Source: an uncultured Bacillota bacterium (lineage in GTDB: Bacteria > Bacillota > Dehalobacteriia > UBA4068). From it: DNA of 32,997 nt. Position 1 is the first letter of the stretch. Every line of letters starts with the position of its first letter. The notes under the pieces were generated by a model. The model searched no databases. It saw only the letters and a list, made by a program, of their open reading frames with translations, and was not told where the DNA came from. The stretch spans positions 1 through 32,997 of the forward strand of contig CAKRYM010000001.1 of NCBI GenBank assembly GCA_934427095.1. Reading direction: 5' to 3'. The translations under genes were made by a program, and so were the position numbers. Shown here in pieces: positions 23,494 to 31,681 of this stretch.

Positions 23494-24063
23494 TTAGGCT
23501 TCTTTGGGACCTAATCCTAAGGCCGTCATTTCTTTCTGCATCCCGCGAATGGTCAGCTCCATGACCTGGCTTAGCTCCATATTTAACATTTCGCAGCCTT
23601 TGCGAATCACATCCCGGTCGCATTTGGCGGCAAATTTTTTGTCCTTGAATTTTTTCATGGCACTTTTTACTTCCAAGTCGCTGATGCCTGTGGGGCGCAT
23701 CAAGGCCGCGGCCATAACAATACCGGTCAGCTCGTCCACGGTAAAGAGGCTTTTTTCTTGGTCGGTTTTGGGTTCAACATCGCAGCAAAGGCCCCAGCCA
23801 TGGCTCATAATGGTACGGATTTCTTCTGGGGAAACCCCTTCCGGCGCCAGAAGCTCTTCTACATGCAGGCAATGTTCAGCAGGAAATTCCTGATAATCTA
23901 CATCATGGAGATAGCCGATAGCTTGCCAATGTTCCACATCCCCTTGAAAATGTTCCGCCATTGCGCCCATGGCGGCGCTGACAGCCAGAGCATGGTGGAA
24001 GAGATGCTCTTCTGTGCAGTGTTTGGCTAAGATTTCTTTTGCTTGTGCTAAGGTTAATGCCAT
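23494..24063 (-). CDS. HD-domain metal-dependent phosphohydrolase
   Basis: 189 aa. HHALAVSAAMGAMAE.....E.WQAIGYLHDVDY carries the H...HD signature. Confidence 0.7.
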   Translation of the reverse strand: MALTLAQAKEILAKHCTEEHLFHHALAVSAAMGAMAEHFQGDVEHWQAIGYLHDVDYQEFPAEHCLHVEELLAPEGVSPEEIRTIMSHGWGLCCDVEPKTDQEKSLFTVDELTGIVMAAALMRPTGISDLEVKSAMKKFKDKKFAAKCDRDVIRKGCEMLNMELSQVMELTIRGMQKEMTALGLGPKEA

Positions 24064-24225
24064 GTTACGGCCTCTCTTTCTGCTTAGTGTTGTTCTTTAC
24101 ATAGCCTTCTTCTATCTGTGGAAAAGAGGAATATACTAAATTGCATCCTTAGGAAAAGAACAAGATAACATTCGCCTGAAAGCGGTATTTTCCTGCCAAG
24201 GCAAGTGGGGAAAGGAGATTGCTTC

Positions 24226-24873
24226 ATGGAAAAGGCCAGAAAAGGAAGAATCAAAACTCGCCGTAAGAAGCTGTTTCGGCTCCTTTGCCTCAGCCTTTTT
24301 TTGCTGGGACTGGCTGTTTACGCGGAATGGCGCTTGGCCCCTCGCTTAGCGGTATTGGCTGCGCAACAGGCTCATGCCATGGCCATGGCGGAAGTCGCCA
24401 AAGCAGCCAGACAGGAGATTGCCCAGGCAGAAGCCGTGAATTATCAGGAGCTGATGCATTTTGAGCGGGATGAACAGGGCTATATCACCTTGCTCACTAT
24501 GGATACGGCCCTGGTAAACCAAGTGATGAGTGATACGGCTTTGACCGTGGAAGCGAGCCTGGAAGACATGAGCAAGGAAAAGCTGTCTCTGCCTTTAGGG
24601 GTTCTTTCTGGTAGTGAGATTTTGTCTGGCTTTGGCCCGGATATTTCTTTTCGTATGCGGGCTGCCTCTGCTCCCACCATTACCTTAGAGGATGATTTCC
24701 TTTCCGCAGGGATTAATCAAACTCTGCACAGCATTTACCTGAACATTAAAACCGAAATTCGGATTATTGTCCCTTTTTCCGAGGAAACCACGGAAGTGGA
24801 AGTCTGGCTTTTACTGGCCGAGGGCATTATCGTGGGCTATACGCCGGATACCTATCTTTCCTTAGGCAATTAG
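24226..24873 (+). CDS. yunB: Sporulation protein YunB
   Basis: The ATG at 24226 has AAAGGAG upstream. N-terminal TM helix. Conserved YunB motifs: LPLGVLSGSEILSGFGPDISFRM, FLSAGINQTLHSIYLNIKTEIRIIVPF and IIVGYTPDTYL. Confidence 0.75.
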   Translation: MEKARKGRIKTRRKKLFRLLCLSLFLLGLAVYAEWRLAPRLAVLAAQQAHAMAMAEVAKAARQEIAQAEAVNYQELMHFERDEQGYITLLTMDTALVNQVMSDTALTVEASLEDMSKEKLSLPLGVLSGSEILSGFGPDISFRMRAASAPTITLEDDFLSAGINQTLHSIYLNIKTEIRIIVPFSEETTEVEVWLLLAEGIIVGYTPDTYLSLGN

Positions 24874-24916
24874 GGAAATTTTCAGGATGATTTCAGACGG
24901 AATCAGCCGGGAAGGT

Positions 24917-24945
24917 TTGATTATTCGAATCAGCTGTGATATAAT
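24917..24945 (+). promoter_or_regulatory. Sigma-A promoter upstream of the PBP gene (TTGATT-17-TGaTATAAT)
   Basis: -35 TTGATT at 24917-24922, a 17-nt spacer ending in TG-A (extended -10), and -10 TATAAT at 24940-24945. Confidence 0.55.
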
Positions 24946-24987
24946 ACCAAAATGGAAACTCCAAGGTAAGGAAAGGAGTAGAAGAAA

Positions 24988-27807
24988 TTGACCAAGCAAC
25001 CTGTATCTTCTTCCTCTGGACAGCGTAGGAAAAAAGCTGGCCGTAAGGGGAATTATCCTTTTTTTAGTGTTTTACTTATTCTCTGCGCAGTTTTCCTCAC
25101 TTGCTGCGTGGTGATGATCGGCTATGTTGTTTCCCTGAAAAGTGAATTACCAGAGATCACCGCAGAGGATTTGACTAATGCCCAGACCAGCTTTGTCTAT
25201 AATGACCAGGCTGAAGTTGTAGCGGAACTGCATGGTGGCGAGGATAGAACCAATGTGGATTTAGCGGAAGTGTCCCCATATTTCCTGGATAGCCTTATCG
25301 CCAGGGAGGACATTCGTTTCTATTCCCATAGCGGCGTGGATTTCCGTTCCATTGCCCGCGCTTTGGTGGTGGATATAAAGGATTCTATTGCCAGTGGTGG
25401 CGTTACCTTTACCCAGGGCGCTTCTACCATTACCATGCAGCTGGTAAAGAACGTGATAGATGAAACAGAAAAAACCATTCCCCGGAAAATTAAGCAGGCT
25501 TTGCTGGCCGTAGAATTTGAAAAAAATTACGGCAAGGACGAAATCCTGTATTACTATGTGAATGAAATCTACCTTGGACCTGGGGTGTATGGGGTGGAAG
25601 CTGCGGCGGATTATTATTTTAATAAGAGCGCGGCGGACCTTAGCCTGTCTGAATCCGCAGTCATCGTAGGGTTAATCAGTAACCCTGGCCTCTATTCTCC
25701 CTTTGAAAATCCAGAAGGTTGCCGGGAAAAACGGGATCAGGTCTTAGAGTCTTTGGTGAAGTATAAGAGTGAGTACGCTGCCCAGGCAGAAGCGGCCAAA
25801 GCAGAAGAGATTCAGGTGTATGTGGGTGAGGAGGAAGACGAAAGTACTTATCAGCATCCCTGGTTCGTGGATTATGTCATCAGCGAAGCGGAAGATATCT
25901 TGAGCAGCTTAGGCAGGGATTCTTCTCTGGTCTATACTGGTGGGTTCAATATTTACACCACGCTCAATGAAACGGTACAAAACGCATTGGAAACGGTGTA
26001 TAGTAATCCGGACAACTTCCCGGATAGCTCTACCGAAGATATCGTAGAAAGCGCCATGGCCATTACTAACCCCAATACCGGTGCGGTTGTTGGTTTGGTG
26101 GGCGGCCGGGAATACACGGCTCGCCGCGGCTTTAACCGCGCGACGGATTTGATTCGTTCCCCTGGTTCTACCATTAAGCCGGTGGTGGTCTATGGCCCTG
26201 CTTTGGAACTGGGGTATGGCACTGGCTATGTCTTGGACGATATTCCCTTTACCTTGGGGTCCTGGTCGCCTAAGAACGACGATGGCGCTTATATGGGCTT
26301 GATTACTATGCGTACTGCGGTGATCCGCTCCCGCAATATTTACGCAGTGAAAATGTTACAGGAAATCGGCTCGGAAACCGGGTATCATTACGCCAATGAA
26401 ATGGGGCTGAATTTGGACCCCTCTGACGCTGGGAATTTGGCCATTGCCTTAGGTGGTTTGACTACCGGCGTTTCGCCTTTGCAGATGGCGGCAGCTTTTG
26501 CCACCTTTGCCAATGCGGGGATTTATACGGAGCCTTATACCATTACCAGCATTACTACTTCTGACGGGGAGGAAATTTATTCTGTTGATCCGGTGCAGAA
26601 CGATGTCTTTACGGCTCAAACCGCGCATATGATGACCAGTATGCTGAAAGACGCGGTCAGTAGCGGTACGGGCTATCGCGCTAAGATTAGCGGTTGGGAA
26701 ACGGCCGGCAAAACCGGTACCAATGGCTTGCCTTCCGGTCGCGAGGACCCGGATTATGCCGGGAAATCTGGTACCAAAGACGCCTGGTTCTGCGGTTACA
26801 CCCAAGTGCTGTCTGGTGCGGTGTGGGTAGGTTATGATAATAAAAAGGATGAGAACGGCACCTTACAATATCTCAGCAATGTTTATGGCGGTTCTTATCC
26901 GGCGCAGATCTTTAACAAGGTCATGACCTTGGCTTTGGAAGGACAGGACCCCGTCAGCTTTAAGGATCCAGGTGGGATTTCCTGGGTGGATGTGGACACG
27001 AAAACCGGCGGCTTGCCTACGGAATTGACGCCGGATGAATATGTTCGTTCGGAAATGTATGTGTCTGGTCAGGGCCCGACTTCCGCTGGGGTCAGTGAAT
27101 GGCGTACCGTGCAGATTTGCCAGGACAGCCAGTGCATCGCTTCGGCCTATTGTCCCAATGTCACCACAGCTTCCCGTTTGGTGGCTACGGTGGATCCCAA
27201 TTGGTCGGATTCCACTATTTCTCGCATCTCTGACTATAGTTTGCGTATTTCCGATCAAATTTGTGAGGTGCATACCACCTATCAAACGGGGTTGCAGGCG
27301 GTATATGTCTGCACTGACCCGGCCCATAACGGTCAGTTGGTGTTGGCCAACGTCGCCGGCCAAGGCGGGGAGGGCGGCTGCCCAGAGGAATATGTGGAGC
27401 TTAGGTATTATAGTCCCAGCTCTATTCCTACACAGCAGTGTAATCTCCCAGGCCATGAAGTGACCTCCTATGGGTCCTTTGATGATCCCAATGATGGCAG
27501 CAATTTCCTGTGGAATTGGGGGAATGCTAATTCCACGGTAAAACCCAGTACCCCTTATGGCCTCAATGGCCAGGCCTATGATAGCTATATTTATCTTTCC
27601 TGGAGCGTGGGTAGCCAACCAGGAGATGTGGTGTATATTGTCGAACGTAGTCATGGAAATGACACCGAACGCTATCAGGTCAGCAATACGGAGTATCTGG
27701 ATTCTTCCGTAACGGAAGGCGAAACTTACACCTATCGGGTTTATGCCTATAGTGCGGCGAGCAAGGCTACCAGCGGCTGGTCGGAAAAAGTCAGCGTCAC
27801 TTATTAA
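24988..27807 (+). CDS. Class A penicillin-binding protein (PBP1A-type transglycosylase/transpeptidase) with a Cys-rich and FN3-like C-terminal extension
   Basis: TTG start after AAAGGAG. N-terminal TM helix. GT51 motifs EDIRFYSHSGVD, GASTITMQLVKN and RKIKQALLAVEFE. Transpeptidase motifs SPGSTIKP, SRN and KTGT. About 235 extra C-terminal residues. Confidence 0.9.
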   Translation: MTKQPVSSSSGQRRKKAGRKGNYPFFSVLLILCAVFLTCCVVMIGYVVSLKSELPEITAEDLTNAQTSFVYNDQAEVVAELHGGEDRTNVDLAEVSPYFLDSLIAREDIRFYSHSGVDFRSIARALVVDIKDSIASGGVTFTQGASTITMQLVKNVIDETEKTIPRKIKQALLAVEFEKNYGKDEILYYYVNEIYLGPGVYGVEAAADYYFNKSAADLSLSESAVIVGLISNPGLYSPFENPEGCREKRDQVLESLVKYKSEYAAQAEAAKAEEIQVYVGEEEDESTYQHPWFVDYVISEAEDILSSLGRDSSLVYTGGFNIYTTLNETVQNALETVYSNPDNFPDSSTEDIVESAMAITNPNTGAVVGLVGGREYTARRGFNRATDLIRSPGSTIKPVVVYGPALELGYGTGYVLDDIPFTLGSWSPKNDDGAYMGLITMRTAVIRSRNIYAVKMLQEIGSETGYHYANEMGLNLDPSDAGNLAIALGGLTTGVSPLQMAAAFATFANAGIYTEPYTITSITTSDGEEIYSVDPVQNDVFTAQTAHMMTSMLKDAVSSGTGYRAKISGWETAGKTGTNGLPSGREDPDYAGKSGTKDAWFCGYTQVLSGAVWVGYDNKKDENGTLQYLSNVYGGSYPAQIFNKVMTLALEGQDPVSFKDPGGISWVDVDTKTGGLPTELTPDEYVRSEMYVSGQGPTSAGVSEWRTVQICQDSQCIASAYCPNVTTASRLVATVDPNWSDSTISRISDYSLRISDQICEVHTTYQTGLQAVYVCTDPAHNGQLVLANVAGQGGEGGCPEEYVELRYYSPSSIPTQQCNLPGHEVTSYGSFDDPNDGSNFLWNWGNANSTVKPSTPYGLNGQAYDSYIYLSWSVGSQPGDVVYIVERSHGNDTERYQVSNTEYLDSSVTEGETYTYRVYAYSAASKATSGWSEKVSVTY

Positions 27808-27859
27808 TCGGTATCTGTAATCGGATGATTATTTTATATTTGTTTTGGAGGTAATTACC

Positions 27860-28624
27860 ATGTCAGGACATTCTAAATGGGCCAACATCAAACGCAAAAA
27901 AGGTGCTAATGATGCAGAGCGCGGCAAGATTTTTACCAAAATCGGTCGCGAAATTCAGGTAGCAGTAAGACAGGGGGGCCCTGATCCTGCGGGCAACTTC
28001 CGGTTGAAGCTTTGCATCCAGAAGGCGAAGACCAATAATATGCCTTCGGACAATATTAAACGCTGCATTGAAAAAGCCGCTGGCCTGGGAGAATCCGCTG
28101 CCATTGAGGAATTCTTCTATGAAGGATACGGCGCCGGTGGGGTGGCCATTCTCTGCGAAATGATGACGGACAACCGTAATCGTTGCGCCAGCGATATTCG
28201 GTATATCTTTAGCCGCAATAACGGTAACTTGGGGGAAACGGGTTGCGTTGGCTATATGTTTGACCGTAAAGGCCAAATCACCGTAGAGCTGAATGGGGCG
28301 GATGAGGACGAGCTGATGATGGCTGCTTTGGACGCTGGGGCGGAAGATATGGTCACGGATTATGACGAGGAAGAGGACGTAACCACTGCTACCATTTATA
28401 CCGCTCCAGGGGATCTTGGGGCGGTGCAGGATGCCTTAACCACAGCGGGCTACAATGTGGTCACCGGCGAAGTGATTATGAAACCCAGCAATACCGTGGA
28501 AATCACGGATGTGGAAACCGCGGGCAAGCTCATGAAACTGATCTGGGCTTTGGAAGATAATGACGACGTGAACAATGTCTATTCCAATCAGGAAATCCCG
28601 GATGAGATTATGGCCCAGCTCTAA
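27860..28624 (+). CDS. yebC: YebC/PmpR family DNA-binding transcriptional regulator
   Basis: The ATG at 27860 follows GGAGG. The MSGHSKWANIKRKKGANDAERGKIFTKIGREI signature is unmistakable. Confidence 0.92.
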   Translation: MSGHSKWANIKRKKGANDAERGKIFTKIGREIQVAVRQGGPDPAGNFRLKLCIQKAKTNNMPSDNIKRCIEKAAGLGESAAIEEFFYEGYGAGGVAILCEMMTDNRNRCASDIRYIFSRNNGNLGETGCVGYMFDRKGQITVELNGADEDELMMAALDAGAEDMVTDYDEEEDVTTATIYTAPGDLGAVQDALTTAGYNVVTGEVIMKPSNTVEITDVETAGKLMKLIWALEDNDDVNNVYSNQEIPDEIMAQL

Positions 28625-28634
28625 ACAAGAGAGA

Positions 28635-28666
28635 AAACCCCTCCCTGTTTCAGGGAGGGGTTTTTG
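28635..28666. terminator. Bidirectional intrinsic terminator (yebC / convergent anti-sigma gene)
   Basis: aaacccctccct-gtttc-agggaggggttt, followed by tttt on the plus strand and preceded by an A-run. Confidence 0.75.
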
Positions 28667-28704
28667 TGTGGGAACAAAGGTTTTACGGATTTTTTCTAGG
28701 CTGG

Positions 28705-30045
28705 TTATAGCCTTTGCAGGCTGAAGCCTTCTTCTACGCTACCCGTTAATTGGTAAGTAAAGGCGCCGCTATATAGGGACAAAGGTTGGGCCGCCAGATG
28801 ATAGGTTTCCCCATTGGTTAAGGTGATTTCCGGGCTAATCTGCATTTCCGTAATTTCTTCTTGGGCCAGATCAGCTGAGGCAAAAGTAAAGTTCAATGTC
28901 TCTCCAAAGAAAAACGGGCTTTCGTCAGCATGGATAGTGCCTTGGCTGGTAATCAACTCCCCATTCACAGATAAAGAAAGGGCCAGGGCAAAGATTTCCG
29001 CTTCCGTATGATTGGTAATGGTTAAATCTAATTGATCTGTATTGGTTTGGGGTAGGGGCAAAGGCAGGGAAGAATTGCTACGCCCCAAATGGCGTAGAAG
29101 TCCTTCTAGCTGGGAGGGAGCAGTGGCAAAGCTTTTGATCTCCTGTCCCAGGTCTTCTGTGGCCATTGCGGCACTGATGCTTAGCGTCTTTTCTCCTGTG
29201 GAGGTGGTATAGATCCAGTTAATCTGATCCAGATTACCGATTAAGGCCAAAAGCAGATAAGCGTCTTGGGCCATCAATTCCTCTGCGGCAGCAATTTCCC
29301 CTGGGGAAAATTCCTTTTCCAACAGAATGTCCCAGGCATAGGGCTCACCTTCTGTATGCAGCTGATTGGTGTAGCTGCCCAGTTGCTGACTAACGGAAAG
29401 CAGTTCCGCTAACTGGGTGATGGCCGGGGCGTCCCCCACATAAGGAGTCTGGGTGGCGTAGAGGGCATTGGTCAATAGGGAGATTTCTTGACCTTGCTCC
29501 CAAAGAAGCCGGTCGCCTAAATAAACTTGCGTAATGGGCGCGGAAGCAGTATAAGAAAGGGTAAAATCTCCTTGATGGAAGGGGGAGGCTAACACCGTAT
29601 ATACGGTCAGCTGTACCATGCCCGGTTCTACTTCCTGCCAACGACAGCGGGCAAAGGCAGCAGCGAAGCTCATCAAGGTACCTTCAATTTCCACGGTATT
29701 TTCCTCTACCTGCGTATTACAGTATACCAGATTAGGATCAGCCTTTTGCCCCAGGAAAAACAGTTTCACCCCCAATAGCCCCAAAGCCAGGACTAAAGTG
29801 AGCAAAATACCCCAGCAAAGCCGGCGGCGATTCTTCCGCTTGATTTGGCGTAAATAGTCTACCTGCGGCTGGGTGTCGGCCAAAGTTTCCGTAGGCGTTT
29901 GCATATTCTCTAGGATAGCTTGGCAAGCGGGGCAATGGGCCAGATGGCTAGCAATGGCTTCATTGCTCACTGGGCTGGTTAGCCCATCCACATAGGAGGG
30001 AAGCAAGTCCCGGATAATCTCACAGCGAATGGTTTCCTTCATCAT
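28705..30045 (-). CDS. Anti-sigma factor: zf-HC2 domain, TM helix and a DUF4825-like extracytoplasmic domain
   Basis: The N-terminal HLAHCPACQ motif follows IIRDLLPSYVDGL. TM helix LCWGILLTLVLALGLLGVKLFFL. The external segment ALYATQTPYVGDAPAITQLAELL resembles DUF4825. AAGGAG lies 7 nt before the ATG at 30045. Confidence 0.7.
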   Translation of the reverse strand: MMKETIRCEIIRDLLPSYVDGLTSPVSNEAIASHLAHCPACQAILENMQTPTETLADTQPQVDYLRQIKRKNRRRLCWGILLTLVLALGLLGVKLFFLGQKADPNLVYCNTQVEENTVEIEGTLMSFAAAFARCRWQEVEPGMVQLTVYTVLASPFHQGDFTLSYTASAPITQVYLGDRLLWEQGQEISLLTNALYATQTPYVGDAPAITQLAELLSVSQQLGSYTNQLHTEGEPYAWDILLEKEFSPGEIAAAEELMAQDAYLLLALIGNLDQINWIYTTSTGEKTLSISAAMATEDLGQEIKSFATAPSQLEGLLRHLGRSNSSLPLPLPQTNTDQLDLTITNHTEAEIFALALSLSVNGELITSQGTIHADESPFFFGETLNFTFASADLAQEEITEMQISPEITLTNGETYHLAAQPLSLYSGAFTYQLTGSVEEGFSLQRL

Positions 30046-30523
30046 GGTTCAACTCCTTTTTGATCCGTTCTTTCCCCCGGTAATAGGTAACCCTGGCCCA
30101 GTTTTCCGAGCGGGACAAAATTTGGCCAATTTCCCGGAAGGAGAGCTGCCCGAAAATGCGGAGGTACATCACTTCCCGTAACGGTTCCTCCAGCTGATGG
30201 AGATGGGTTAACAGCGTTAAGCGAAAATCTTGTGCCAATAGGGCTTCCTCTGGGGAAGAAGAAGCGCTGTTCTGCTGCTTTTCCTCCTCCAAGGCTGCGG
30301 CGGGCGGATGCTTCCTGTTATAGGCCAGTAAGGTGTGTTTGGCAATGGCTGAGAGCCAGGTCAACACTTGGCAGCTCCCGTCAAAGCGGTCTGCGCTTTT
30401 TACTGCTTGATAAAAGGTTTCCTGGGTCAATTCCTCTGCCAAATCCGGTTGCCGGGTTAAGGAAAGGAGATAGGCGTATATGGCTTGGGCATAGGTTTGG
30501 TAAAGCGTTTCCATGGGGGGCAT
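30020..30523 (-). CDS. ECF-type RNA polymerase sigma factor (sigma-70 family)
   Basis: AGGAGG lies 8 nt upstream. Region 2 is AEELTQETFYQA.....FDG.....TWL..IAKH, and region 4 is LREVMYLRIFGQLSFREIGQILSRSENWARVTYYRGKERI. It overlaps the anti-sigma gene by 26 nt. Confidence 0.85.
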   Translation of the reverse strand: MPPMETLYQTYAQAIYAYLLSLTRQPDLAEELTQETFYQAVKSADRFDGSCQVLTWLSAIAKHTLLAYNRKHPPAAALEEEKQQNSASSSPEEALLAQDFRLTLLTHLHQLEEPLREVMYLRIFGQLSFREIGQILSRSENWARVTYYRGKERIKKELNHDEGNHSL

Positions 30524-30705
30524 AGCGCCGCCTCCTTTCTTGTTTTATGGATTAATGACGAAAAATCAGGTTTCGTTACAGGCAAAGAAAAATTTTTTTC
30601 TGTTTTTTTTTGCTTGCGGCTTAGCCTCGATTATACCAAGCTGTGCAAAGAAAAACAATGACCTAGGGTGCGTATGAAACTGGCCTTTGCTGCATAAAAC
30701 GAAGC

Positions 30706-31596
30706 ATGGATACTTTTCAGCGCAGACCAGCTCCACGTCGGAGCGGCAGAAGAAAACAAAATAAACCCATTTTTTGGGGCAAAAAACGGGATAACTTGGA
30801 CAAGGACAAGAATCAGGATCAGTTTTCCTTGGCTGCGGTCATTCTAACCCTTGCTTTTGTTTTGGGCTTGTCCTTAGGGATGGGGCTACCGCAACTTTCG
30901 GCAGAAGCAGACGCTGCTCCGCTAATCGATGATACGGAGGCTTTGCTGATTTTACCCTGGGAAAAAGAGGAAGAAGATCCTGCACAAGCCCCAGAGGGCG
31001 CCATGGCGGTGATTTATTGTACCCATGCCAGCGAGGAATACGCGGGAGAAACCAGGGTTAATGGGGAACCTGGCGGCGTCATGGATGTGGCGGCGGCTTT
31101 GGCAGAGGGGTTGGAAAGTTATGGCGTTACGGTGATTTTTGACCAACAGCTGCATGATTGCCCCAGCTATGATGATGCCTATACCTCTTCCTTGGCTTCC
31201 TTAACCTCGATTTGCGAGGAATACCCGGAAGCGGAATTGCTGATTGACGTGCATCGAGACAGCGCCATTCCCGGGGTAGACACTACTTTGACCCAAGGGG
31301 ACAAAAGCTATGCCCGCATGATGTTTGTGGTGGGCACCAATGAAAAGCTGGAGCATCCGGATTGGGAAACCAATTACGCTTTTGTGAAGGATGTTTGTGC
31401 TGAGCTGGAGCAATTGGTCCCCGGCATTACCAGGGAAGAGCGCGTGTATAGCGGCCGGTATAATCAGCATATGGGTAAACATGCCATTTTGGTGGAATTT
31501 GGTACCAATGAGAATGAGAAGGAGGAAGCCATTGCTTCCGCAGAAGTCTTGGCAGAGGCTTTATGCTTGGCTGAAGGTTGGATTACGGCGGAATAA
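30706..31596 (+). CDS. spoIIP: Stage II sporulation protein P (SpoIIP)
   Basis: N-terminal basic region plus a TM helix. Motifs VIYCTHASEEYAG, LIDVHRDS, MFVVGTNEKLEHPDWETNYAF and GRYNQHMGKHAILVEFGTNENEKEEA. The RBS is weak, so the start is uncertain. Confidence 0.8.
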   Translation: MDTFQRRPAPRRSGRRKQNKPIFWGKKRDNLDKDKNQDQFSLAAVILTLAFVLGLSLGMGLPQLSAEADAAPLIDDTEALLILPWEKEEEDPAQAPEGAMAVIYCTHASEEYAGETRVNGEPGGVMDVAAALAEGLESYGVTVIFDQQLHDCPSYDDAYTSSLASLTSICEEYPEAELLIDVHRDSAIPGVDTTLTQGDKSYARMMFVVGTNEKLEHPDWETNYAFVKDVCAELEQLVPGITREERVYSGRYNQHMGKHAILVEFGTNENEKEEAIASAEVLAEALCLAEGWITAE

Positions 31597-31604
31597 AAAT
31601 TTTC

Positions 31605-31633
31605 TTGGGAAAAAACAAATAATGTGCTATACT
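31605..31633 (+). promoter_or_regulatory. Sigma-A promoter upstream of murJ (TTGGGA-17-TGcTATACT)
   Basis: -35 TTGGGA at 31605-31610, a 17-nt spacer with a TG extended -10, and -10 TATACT at 31628-31633. Confidence 0.5.
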
Positions 31634-31681
31634 ATATAAGATACAGAAAAATTAGACACAGCAAATGAGGAGGTGCAAAGT

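Noticed and set aside
30546-30590. ECF-type autoregulatory promoter upstream of the sigma gene (minus-strand TGTAAC ... CGTC).
   Set aside because: The spacing between TGTAAC and CGTC is only 14 nt, versus the 16-17 nt typical of B. subtilis ECF promoters. I do not consider it supported.
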